Shown: positions 1 through 6,901 of the stretch, piece after piece
Position numbering within the stretch: the first letter of the stretch is position 1
Layout of the letters: every line of letters begins with the position of its first letter
Source: a virus
Virus record (IMG/VR): IMGVR_UViG_3300010882_000518
Direction: 5' to 3' (one strand)
Length of the DNA stretch: 11,599 nt
Translations under genes and position numbers: made by a program
Notes under the pieces: generated by a model
Databases searched by the model: none
Told to the model about the DNA's origin: nothing
What the model saw: only the letters and a program-made list of their open reading frames with translations

Positions 1-397
1 TTATAATAATTTATAGCAAAGGTTAACATTTTCTCTGTTACACCGTAATTCTTCAGCAAATTCATAATTATTATGTTGAAATCCTAAATCAATAAGTTGT
101 TTTATTTTATTGGGATTTAAGAGTGTATACATTGCCCATTTTTTAGCTCGATATTCATTTTTGCAAATAGTAGTTTTATTAGCACATGGAGAATATAAAG
201 CATCACAAAAACAATGGCCGTAATTCTTCTGCCAGTACACACTTTATTTCTGTTGAATTAATTATATCTTTATTTAAGGCTACGGCTGCGACTCCATCTT
301 GCTGTATAGTTAATCCATTACAAGTTTTAAGTGGATAATTTTCGTATATTTCTATATTTTTCTTTTCAGCTAATTCATATAATTCGTTCATTTCCAT
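1..397 (-). pseudogene. ImmA/IrrE-family metallopeptidase-like gene, frameshifted at the active-site region
   Basis: ORF 203..397 ends ...KCVLAEELRPLFL*. ORF 1..240 in another frame continues ...YGHCFCDALYSPCANKTTICKNEYRAKKWAMYTLL. Removing one base (the G at about 220 on the + strand) restores ...VLAEELGHCFCDALYSP..., the typical phage ImmA arrangement directly downstream of an XRE repressor. Confidence 0.8.
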
Positions 398-403
398 AAA
401 TAT

Positions 404-799
404 CTATTCCTTCATATTTTTTCTCTTTTCTGCAACATATTTAGCAAAATTTATTATTTCTTTTTTATCCTCGTCTGTTAATTCGGTATATTCGTTTCGA
501 TGCATTGCAACTTTTACATGTTCGAGAATGTCAGATTGTTGCACAGTGTTGTCAAAAAGGTTGGGTTCTTCTATGGTTTCTTTGTTCATAGGTACATCAT
601 AACCCATTAACCAGGGTTCACTAACATTCAATGATTTTGCAAGAAGTGAAAGGTTGTTCGGTCGAGCAATCGCTCGTCCCTTTATATATTTATTGATTAA
701 GTCACTTGTAATTAACGTTTTTTCAACTAAATCCACTTGCTTTATCTTTCTTGCACGCATGGCTTCTTGAAGCCTTGTTGAAAAGGTTTCTTTGTTCAT
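404..799 (-). CDS. XRE-family (CI-like) phage repressor with N-terminal HTH
   Basis: MNKETFSTRLQEAMRARKIKQVDLVEKTLITSDLINKYIKGRAIARPNNLSLLAKSLNVSEPWLMGYDVPM is an HTH_3 pattern with the WLMGYD motif typical of these repressors. The start is taken at 799 (ATG) with an upstream GAGGAG-like RBS rather than the longer 850 start. Confidence 0.92.
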   Translation of the reverse strand: MNKETFSTRLQEAMRARKIKQVDLVEKTLITSDLINKYIKGRAIARPNNLSLLAKSLNVSEPWLMGYDVPMNKETIEEPNLFDNTVQQSDILEHVKVAMHRNEYTELTDEDKKEIINFAKYVAEKRKNMKE

Positions 800-821
800 A
801 TATACTTTTCTCCTCACAAGT

Positions 822-850
822 ATTTTACAATAAAATTGAATTAAAATCAA
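822..850 (-). promoter_or_regulatory. Predicted repressor promoter (leftward)
   Basis: Minus strand: TTGATT (845-850), 17-nt spacer, TAAAAT (822-827), upstream of the repressor start at 799. Confidence 0.75.
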
Positions 851-1080
851 GTGTTTTTTTAAAAAACTGAAATTTTTTCAAAAAACCATTGACTTTTATT
901 TTTTGATATGATAATTTAATAAAAACTGAATTTAATTCAAAATAGAAAAAGGGGTATAATAAAATTCAATTCTGCCAAGCTACATAACCGCAAGGAATTT
1001 GTGGGTTTTGCAGAGTGTTGGCAATACCAAGAAAGAAATGCCTCTATATTTTTTCAAAATAAAACTGAACAATATTCAGT
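836..1080. promoter_or_regulatory. Candidate repressor operator array (CTGAA-N5-TTCAA type, four sites)
   Basis: 15-bp imperfect/perfect palindromes at 836-850 (TTGAA-N5-ATCAA), 867-881 (CTGAA-N5-TTCAA), 926-940 (CTGAA-N5-TTCAA) and 1065-1079 (CTGAA-N5-TTCAG, extended to ACTGAA-N5-TTCAGT). Confidence 0.65.
889..960 (+). promoter_or_regulatory. Predicted rightward early promoter region
   Basis: TTGACT at 889-894 with a weak -10 (TAATTT, 912-917), and TATAAT at 955-960 with weak -35 TTAATT (932-937), interleaved with operator-like palindromes. Confidence 0.5.
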
Positions 1081-1108
1081 ATGAAAAGCTATGAAAGGAG
1101 GAAGTAAG

Positions 1109-1342
1109 ATGAACATATTGTTAATTATATTGTTGATAATTATAATTATAGTTTTTACGTTAAAATATGTTGTGTTAACTGAGGAAAATGCAGTACTTAG
1201 AGCAGTGATTACAGTTAAGTATAAACAAGAACTTGAATATGGGAAAAAATTAATTGCAATAAACGAGATAGCAATAAGTAATACATACAATAACGAAAAA
1301 CTGGCTTTAAGAAAAATAAAAGAACTATCTAATACCAATTAA
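1109..1342 (+). CDS. Small single-TM phage-associated protein of unknown function
   Basis: MNILLIILLIIIIIVFTLKYVVLTEENAVLRAVITVKYKQELEYGKKLIAINEIAISNTYNNEKLALRKIKELSNTN. GGAGG RBS just upstream of the ATG at 1109. Follows the rightward promoter region. Confidence 0.65.
   Translation: MNILLIILLIIIIIVFTLKYVVLTEENAVLRAVITVKYKQELEYGKKLIAINEIAISNTYNNEKLALRKIKELSNTN
1249..1316. repeat. Direct repeat partner of 8645-8712
   Basis: 66/68 identical to 8645-8712. Lies inside the intact small ORF 1109..1342. Confidence 0.93.
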
Positions 1343-1366
1343 AAAATAAGATAAGGAGGGATTTTC

Positions 1367-1772
1367 GTGACGAAGGAAGATTTAAAAGAATATAAACATA
1401 CTCAAAAATGGATAGAAGAAAGACTTGAATACATTGAAGAATATAAGGCTAGAGTAGAAAAAGTTACACATATATTGTTAGACGGACCGAGTCGGTAACG
1501 GTGGAATTTCAGATAAAATGGCGGAGGACATAGCAAAATTAAATGATTTTATACAGGAATTATTAGAGATTATATTAACTGAATAAGAAAAGCAAAAAGT
1601 AATATTGGAGCAATTAAATAGACTCGAAGAGCCGTATAGGTTGTTATTAGATAAAACATATATACGAGGAAAAAGTTTAGTAGATGTTTCTGAGGAAATG
1701 AATTATACTTATGAGCATACATGTAGGATGAACAAAGTGGCGTTAAATTTATTTGATAAACTTAATAAATAA
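1367..1772 (+). pseudogene. Degraded phage sigma-70 region 4 / ArpU-like transcription regulator
   Basis: GTG start after AAGGAGG: VTKEDLKEYKHTQKWIEERLEYIEEYKARVEKVTHILLDGPSR*. It continues in a shifted frame GNGGISDKMAEDIAKLNDFIQELLEIILTE*, then, after an in-frame stop, EKQKVILEQLNRLEEPYRLLLDKTYIRGKSLVDVSEEMNYTYEHTCRMNKVALNLFDKLNK*. One frameshift plus one nonsense codon. Confidence 0.75.
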
Positions 1773-1810
1773 GTCATACAAAGTCATAGCATGTCATAAA
1801 TGAAATATGC
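1773..1810 (+). promoter_or_regulatory. Candidate activator-binding/late promoter region with 3 direct GTCATA repeats
   Basis: GTCATA at 1773-1778, 1783-1788 and 1793-1798, exactly 10 bp apart, upstream of the YjcQ-like gene. Confidence 0.5.
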
Positions 1811-1876
1811 TATAAATAAAACAAGGTTGAAAATAAAATTCAACACAAAATATAAACATAGAAGGAAGGGAAAATA

Positions 1877-2161
1877 ATGACTGAAATAAATGATTTTGAA
1901 AAAATTTATGAATTATTAAAAGGAATACATGACTGTATGGACGAGGAAGAATTAAATGCAGAATATATTAGTTATGAAACATTGGAAATTTCAAAGGCTC
2001 GTTGGAACAATTATATTGAAGCATTAGTTGATGAAGGATATGTAAAGCGAGTAATTATTGAAAAACAGTTAGACGGCGATACAATTATTGATGTATCAAG
2101 AATAAAACTTACATTAAAGGGTTTAAAATATTTAGAAGAAAATTCAATAGAGCAAAAATAA
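1877..2161 (+). CDS. YjcQ-family-like phage protein (winged-helix type)
   Basis: MTEINDFEKIYELLKGIHDCMDEEELNAEYISYETLEISKARWNNYIEALVDEGYVKRVIIEKQ...ITLKGLKYLEEN. This resembles YjcQ proteins common in Firmicute prophages. Good RBS (GGAAGGG). Confidence 0.6.
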   Translation: MTEINDFEKIYELLKGIHDCMDEEELNAEYISYETLEISKARWNNYIEALVDEGYVKRVIIEKQLDGDTIIDVSRIKLTLKGLKYLEENSIEQK

Positions 2162-2293
2162 AAAAACAAATAATTATTGCCCCAAAACCGTTACGGCATA
2201 TAAACTGGCGGGGAAATACCCTTGTGAAATGGGATATAAACTTTCATGATTACTGGGAGATACCAGAGATAAAAACGTAAACTAGGAGGTCAA

Positions 2294-2590
2294 ATGGAAT
2301 TTCTAAAAGATATTCTAGGTGATGACTTGTACAAACAAGTCGAAACAAAAGTAAGTTCTTATAATTCTAACAATAAGGACAAAGAAGTGAGTATTGCAAA
2401 TCTAGGAAGTGGTAAATATGTTAGTAAAGCTAAATATATGGCACTTAAAACAGATTTAAAGAAAGCTGACCAGGATAATGCGGATTTACGAGCTACAATA
2501 GCGGGATATGATACAGAAGTAGAAATGCAAATACAATTGTGGCAACTAATTCTAAAGACGTTATCAAATAAAATTAACAAAAATAAATAA
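2294..2590 (+). CDS. Truncated phage scaffold / minor structural protein GP20-like
   Basis: MEFLKDILGDDLYKQVETKVSSYN...VSIANLGSGKYVSKAKYMALKTDLKKADQDNADLRATIAGYD resembles the N-terminus of GP20 family proteins. The C-terminal part expected from the family is missing or divergent. AGGAGG RBS. Confidence 0.65.
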   Translation: MEFLKDILGDDLYKQVETKVSSYNSNNKDKEVSIANLGSGKYVSKAKYMALKTDLKKADQDNADLRATIAGYDTEVEMQIQLWQLILKTLSNKINKNK

Positions 2591-2603
2591 GGAGGTATTC
2601 AAA

Positions 2604-3038
2604 ATGTCAAGTTTAAGAGCAATGGGAACAAGTTTAACCAAAAAGAAAAATGGTTCAGAAACAGCAGACTGGGTAATAGGAAGTCTTAATTCAATAGGAG
2701 AAATCGGTGGAGCAGCTACAGAGATTGATGTAACAACATTAGATAGTCCTGGAGGAGCAAAAGAGTTTATATCAGGAGATATGGATTTTGGCGAATTAGC
2801 AGTAGCAGGATATATCAAGAAAGAAGAAGATGAACAAACAGCAGTAAAAATGATGGCGTTATTACAATCTGGTTCAGTTGAAAATTGGGATATAACATTT
2901 CCAAGTACAGCAAAATGGGCGTTTACAGGATTTGTAAAATCATTCAAAACAACAGCAGAAACACCAGACGGATTAATTGGGTTTAATGCTTCAATTAAAA
3001 TATCAGGGTTACCTGTATATACACCTAAAAACGTTTAG
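2604..3038 (+). CDS. Siphophage-like major tail (tail tube) protein
   Basis: MSSLRAMGTSLTKKKNGSETADWVIGSLNSIGEIGGAATEIDVTTLDSPGGAKEFISGDMDFGELAVAGYIKK... matches the tail tube protein pattern and is followed by the tail-assembly chaperone pair. Confidence 0.85.
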   Translation: MSSLRAMGTSLTKKKNGSETADWVIGSLNSIGEIGGAATEIDVTTLDSPGGAKEFISGDMDFGELAVAGYIKKEEDEQTAVKMMALLQSGSVENWDITFPSTAKWAFTGFVKSFKTTAETPDGLIGFNASIKISGLPVYTPKNV

Positions 3039-3046
3039 TAAATTTG

Positions 3047-3104
3047 CGGGCTGTTGAGGACGCTAGCTCCTACGGAAATATAGGGGTCGACGTCCTCGGC
3101 GACC
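3047..3104 (+). promoter_or_regulatory. GC-rich structured RNA element between tail tube and tail chaperone genes
   Basis: Stem 3047-3061 with 3090-3104 (15 positions, one C.A mismatch, several G.U). Inner stem 3066-3071/3080-3085. Alternative stem GGGTCG 3083-3088 / CGACCC 3099-3104. Confidence 0.6.
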
Positions 3105-3167
3105 CAAAAACGATAATTCTAGGACATCCTATATATTTATTATAGGAAATGAAAGGAAAATATAATT

Positions 3168-3512
3168 ATGAAATTAAATTTTAAATTTAATGCTACAAAG
3201 ATTGAGGAAATTGAAAAAAGTAAGGGAACACCTATAGAAGCATGTTTGGACGATAGTACAATCAGCAATATTAGTATGTTTGTTCAAAAAGGATTAGTAG
3301 ACGAAAACGGAATTCATGGGGTATCAAAAGCTGTTGCAATGAGTACAATAGATGAATACTTAAAAGAAAGCGACAAAGAAGATTTATTTATTGATATTAT
3401 GGAAGCGTTAGTAAATGACGGTTTTTTATCAAGAACGCTGAACATTCAAGCAATGAGGGAAATGAAGAAGAAGAAATCAGAAGAAATAACAAAAGCGATC
3501 AAAAAAATGTAA
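3168..3512 (+). CDS. Phage tail assembly chaperone, upstream frame (gpG-like)
   Basis: MKLNFKFNATKIEEIEKSKGTPIEACLDDSTISNISMFVQKGLVDENGI..., directly after the tail tube protein. Its stop overlaps the next ORF start. Confidence 0.75.
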   Translation: MKLNFKFNATKIEEIEKSKGTPIEACLDDSTISNISMFVQKGLVDENGIHGVSKAVAMSTIDEYLKESDKEDLFIDIMEALVNDGFLSRTLNIQAMREMKKKKSEEITKAIKKM

Positions 3513-3832
3513 TGTTTAGCGATAGATGGAGAGAATTAGAAGAAGAGGCACTTTATATAGGATTAGATATCTTTGATTTTTGGAGACTAACACCAAATCA
3601 ATTTAAAAAATATCAACAGGCTTTTGTACGAAAAGTAAATGACGACCAAAAACGAGAAGATATGTTGAATTATATACTAGGTCAATACATAGCCTATGGC
3701 GTAAATAGTCCTAAAAACTATCCTTATCAGCCGTTTTTAACAGAGGAAAAAATAAGTGTAAAAGAAATGACGGATGAGGAAATGGAAGAAAAAGCAATGA
3801 GGATAATGAATATTTTGAGAGGGAATAAATAA
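3512..3832 (+). CDS. Phage tail assembly chaperone, downstream frame (gpT-like)
   Basis: MFSDRWRELEEEALYIGLDIFDFWRLTPNQFKKYQQAFVRKVNDDQKRED... lies in the -1 frame relative to 3168..3512, with overlapping TAATG. Confidence 0.7.
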   Translation: MFSDRWRELEEEALYIGLDIFDFWRLTPNQFKKYQQAFVRKVNDDQKREDMLNYILGQYIAYGVNSPKNYPYQPFLTEEKISVKEMTDEEMEEKAMRIMNILRGNK

Positions 3833-3839
3833 AATTAAA

Positions 3840-3895
3840 AGAGGGTGTCCCGAAGTATATTTTATCGAATATAACAAATGCGTAGGACCCCCTCT
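3840..3895. terminator. Bidirectional-looking intrinsic terminator at convergent gene ends
   Basis: AGAGGGTGTCC (3840-3850) pairs with GGACCCCCTCT (3885-3895) with one mismatch. Inner stem TATATT (3856-3861)/AATATA (3868-3873). A-rich left flank serves as U-tract for the minus-strand operon. Confidence 0.75.
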
Positions 3896-3917
3896 TTATG
3901 TAGATACTCCCTATTAT

Positions 3918-5066
3918 TTAATTCCTGATTTCAAATAATTTTTGTTTTAACTCTTCTTCGATTGTTTGCAATTCTGCTTCTGCCTCTGCCCTTTTTTCAG
4001 CACCGTTTTGATGAATCTTTATTACAGAATCTATTGTATCTATTATATCTGTATTTGTCTTTTTTAATGTTTCCACATCAACTATAGCTTTTTCAGACTC
4101 TTTTGCTATTTTTACAGTACCTTGTTTTAATAATTCACTATTCTTCTTAAGCATTTCGTTTGTCATTTCTGTAACTTGCTTTTGTGCATCTAATGCCTTT
4201 GATGCATTAGTTATTCCAAGTGAAATTATTATTTGATTTTTCCAAAGTGGAATTGTATTGATTAAAGAACTTTGAATTTTTTCTATTAATTCACTATCAT
4301 TATTTTGTATTAGCCTTATTTGTGGTGCCATTTGAAGAGATATAATTCTTGTTGTTTTCAAGTCGTATATTTTCTTTTCAAACCTACTTATTACATTTGT
4401 CATATCGCTTACAGCTTGTATATCTGCTTGATCACCCGATTCTTCCGCTACTTTCTTTAGTTCTGGTAAAGTTACATTTTTTAGCTCTTCTATTTTTTTA
4501 TCTCCAGCTATAATATAAAGTGAAATTTCTTTAAAGTACTCTAAATTTTTTTGATACATTGCATCAAAAATCGCTATGTCCTTCATCATATCAAGCTTAT
4601 GGTCTTCTAATTGTCTCTCAATTCTAGCTATATTGTTTTCTATTTTATCATATTTTAATACTAGTTTTTCTAACTGTTTCTTTGCGGAACCAAATATTCC
4701 GGCTATCCCCTTTTTATCTTGTGCTTCTAGACCAGAATCAAAATCTTTTATTTGAACTACTAAATTAGTAAGTAATCCTCCAACTTCACCAGCATTTTTT
4801 GTTCTTACATTTCCCAATACAGTATCTGAAAATTTAGATAATTTTGTTTGTACTGATGCACCATATTGTAATGCTAAATTAGTATTTGTTACATCTATCT
4901 TTGTAACAAACTCATCTACTGCTTTCTTTTCCCCATCTGTTAGTTTTTCATAGTTAAGTGATTTTTCCACTTTTGTGTCATCTACCTTCTTTTCTGTTAA
5001 TAGAGTTGCCTCTATTTCTTTTGTATCAACTTGTGGTGTAACTGTTAATTCAATGTTTTCATCCAT
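3918..5066 (-). CDS. telA: Toxic anion resistance protein TelA-like
   Basis: Full-length coiled-coil TelA-type protein: ...LQYGASVQTKLSKFSDTVLGNVRTKNAGEVGGLLTNLVVQIKDFD...YFKEISLYIIAGDKKIEEL...KNQIIISLGITNASKALDAQKQVTEMTNEMLKKNSELLKQG. ATG at 5066 has AAAGGA at suitable spacing. A TTG start at 5072 is also possible. Confidence 0.88.
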   Translation of the reverse strand: MDENIELTVTPQVDTKEIEATLLTEKKVDDTKVEKSLNYEKLTDGEKKAVDEFVTKIDVTNTNLALQYGASVQTKLSKFSDTVLGNVRTKNAGEVGGLLTNLVVQIKDFDSGLEAQDKKGIAGIFGSAKKQLEKLVLKYDKIENNIARIERQLEDHKLDMMKDIAIFDAMYQKNLEYFKEISLYIIAGDKKIEELKNVTLPELKKVAEESGDQADIQAVSDMTNVISRFEKKIYDLKTTRIISLQMAPQIRLIQNNDSELIEKIQSSLINTIPLWKNQIIISLGITNASKALDAQKQVTEMTNEMLKKNSELLKQGTVKIAKESEKAIVDVETLKKTNTDIIDTIDSVIKIHQNGAEKRAEAEAELQTIEEELKQKLFEIRN

Positions 5067-5083
5067 TTTCAATCATCCTTTCT

Positions 5084-6259
5084 TTATTTTAAATAATTTA
5101 TCATTTTGTCATATGTGCTCATTTTTAGACCTGAGACAACGCTTTTTATTTCTGTTGGAATTCCTGAGACACCTAATTTAGAAGCATCATAGTCTCCTCC
5201 TGTAATGCTAGTTCTAAATCCATATTTTGACCACGCAATTTGTTGAACTCCAGCATTGTTAAATACGTCTAGATACTTGCTTCCATTATCTGTAAGTGCT
5301 GCTATGCAATGAGAATCCCAAGTTGTAGGGGTTGGATATAGAATTCTTATTTTGTCTTTAACTTGTGCAAATCCAGATGGATTTGAATTTACAAAATCTA
5401 TTATACTATTTTCATTGCCAACTATCATAGGTTCAGAAGACATACCTGTTTTTAAATACATTTCAAATAAGTCATCTTGTGTATTACTCATATATCCAGA
5501 TTTAGTATAAAATTCCTCTAGTTTTGGAAGAACTGCTGAAATATTTTTATCTGTTACAGTACCGCCAGTCATAATAGAAGCTATAAGTCCATAGTATGAA
5601 GCTCCTTCATATGATGTAAGCGGGTCTGTTGAATCTATGTTTATTTTCCCATAAATATCCTTTACACCAATGCTATCCCAAGTTTTTCCTTGCAATATAT
5701 AATTCAAAAGTTTTTGCATATCTGTAATATAATATACGCCATCAGTTTCTTTTACAATTTTTTGTTTAACTAGTGCATCTACTACAGTATCCCAGCTATA
5801 TATTACAATTGGTGTATTTAAAGTAAAACTGCTTTTAATAACTTTATCTCTAGTTGCTTCAAGTTTAGATTTATCTGGTGCTAACTTATAATAATCATAA
5901 AATCTTTGGTCTGAAAAGAATATAAAATCATAGTGTGCTCCATTTTTTCTTTTCACTTCATCTGTTACTAATTTATCGTTATTCCATGTATCATATACTG
6001 CATTTATTTTATATGTTGTATTCAAGATTCCCTTAAATTGATCATCTGATAAAAAGTTTTCTATTCCATCTCCTACTGCTCCATACACAATTGGAAGCTT
6101 AGATACATCTACTGTTTGTTTTGGAGGTTGTTGTTGTGTTTGGTTTTGCTCTTGTGCTTGTTTTTCTGTAGTATCTGGTGCAAACTTAAGTACAAAAGCC
6201 ACAAATAAAAAGAGTATAAGTACAACCAATATTATAATCCCAAATATTTTACTCGCCAT
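5084..6259 (-). CDS. Membrane-anchored extracellular solute-binding-protein-like receptor
   Basis: N-terminal TM (IFGIIILVVLILFLFVAFVLKF), Gln/Pro linker, then a periplasmic-binding-like fold pattern: LPIVYGAVGDGIENFL...YDFIFFSDQRFYDYY...TPIVIYSWDTVVDALVKQ...EPMIVGNENSIIDFV. RBS GGAG upstream. Overlaps the XpaC-like ORF end by 11 nt. Confidence 0.7.
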   Translation of the reverse strand: MASKIFGIIILVVLILFLFVAFVLKFAPDTTEKQAQEQNQTQQQPPKQTVDVSKLPIVYGAVGDGIENFLSDDQFKGILNTTYKINAVYDTWNNDKLVTDEVKRKNGAHYDFIFFSDQRFYDYYKLAPDKSKLEATRDKVIKSSFTLNTPIVIYSWDTVVDALVKQKIVKETDGVYYITDMQKLLNYILQGKTWDSIGVKDIYGKINIDSTDPLTSYEGASYYGLIASIMTGGTVTDKNISAVLPKLEEFYTKSGYMSNTQDDLFEMYLKTGMSSEPMIVGNENSIIDFVNSNPSGFAQVKDKIRILYPTPTTWDSHCIAALTDNGSKYLDVFNNAGVQQIAWSKYGFRTSITGGDYDASKLGVSGIPTEIKSVVSGLKMSTYDKMINYLK

Positions 6260-6887
6260 CAGCCTGTTCTCCTTTTAAATCTAAATTTTCATCAAGAAAT
6301 CCATCAGTTTTTAATACAGCTTCAAATACCTTTATATCTGCTTCTGTACTTATAATATCTGACTCATACATATTATTTAACTGTTTTTCGAATGCTATAT
6401 TTATTTTTTTTATTAATCCTTGTACTTTTTTTAAAAAATTTAAACTATCTTTACTTGTTAACTTTTGATTTTCTATAACATCATATTGCTTTAAAATCTT
6501 TACTGTAACTGGTAAATAGTAGTTTAAGAAGTTATGTACTGAATTTAATTGTTCTGGTTTTTCTGATAAAACATCTAGTATTTTATTCGACTTTAAACAT
6601 ATATCCTTTACATTAGTTGATATATCTTTATCCTCTAGCTCATCAGAAATCATTCCTATTTGCTTTGTTATTTCTTTTCCTTGTTTCAATACGCCACTTA
6701 TATTTTCTTTATCTATGGAATAATTGAAATCGAACTTAATTTTCTTTTCTTTAAATAAAAGCATTCCTGCCCCATATGCTATTCCGCCTACTATCAATGA
6801 TGGTATAAATCCAAGCCATATTATAAAATAACTTATTACAAAAAATATAATTCCCATTATTCCAGAATTTTTATATCTTCTTTTCAT
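6249..6887 (-). CDS. XpaC-like / 5-bromo-4-chloroindolyl phosphate hydrolysis family membrane protein
   Basis: MKRRYKNSGIMGIIFFVISYFIIWLGFIPSLIVGGIAYGAGMLLF...GKEITKQIGMISDELEDKDISTNVKDICLKSNKILDVL...YYLPVTVKIL matches the XpaC pattern, and XpaC commonly neighbours TelA. GGAGG at about 6893-6897 supports the ATG at 6887. Confidence 0.8.
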   Translation of the reverse strand: MKRRYKNSGIMGIIFFVISYFIIWLGFIPSLIVGGIAYGAGMLLFKEKKIKFDFNYSIDKENISGVLKQGKEITKQIGMISDELEDKDISTNVKDICLKSNKILDVLSEKPEQLNSVHNFLNYYLPVTVKILKQYDVIENQKLTSKDSLNFLKKVQGLIKKINIAFEKQLNNMYESDIISTEADIKVFEAVLKTDGFLDENLDLKGEQADGE

Positions 6888-6901
6888 ATTAACCTCCATT
6901 A

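Noticed and set aside
404-850. 148-aa extended form of the repressor
   Set aside because: The extra 17 residues (MILIQFYCKILVRRKVY) run through the promoter/RBS; the ATG at 799 has the proper RBS and starts the HTH domain.
1054-1338. 94-aa minus-strand ORF
   Set aside because: Antisense to the small membrane ORF, Phe/Ile/Asn-rich low-complexity translation with no RBS or family signature; shadow ORF.
2359-2580. 73-aa minus-strand ORF
   Set aside because: Antisense to the GP20-like gene, no supporting start context.
2564-2947. 127-aa minus-strand ORF
   Set aside because: Antisense to the well supported tail tube gene; composition is typical of a mirror ORF.
3047-3104. Intrinsic terminator or known riboswitch/ribozyme
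   Set aside because: No U-tract follows the stem, and I could not match the c-di-GMP riboswitch or hammerhead core motifs by eye; kept only as an unassigned structured element.
2604-3832. Contractile (PBSX/diffocin-like) bacteriocin module
   Set aside because: No sheath gene is present and the tube protein looks siphophage-like; the module ends after the chaperones, so a functional tailocin is not supported.
4975-5181. 68-aa plus-strand ORF
   Set aside because: Spans the telA/receptor junction antisense, no RBS or similarity recognised.
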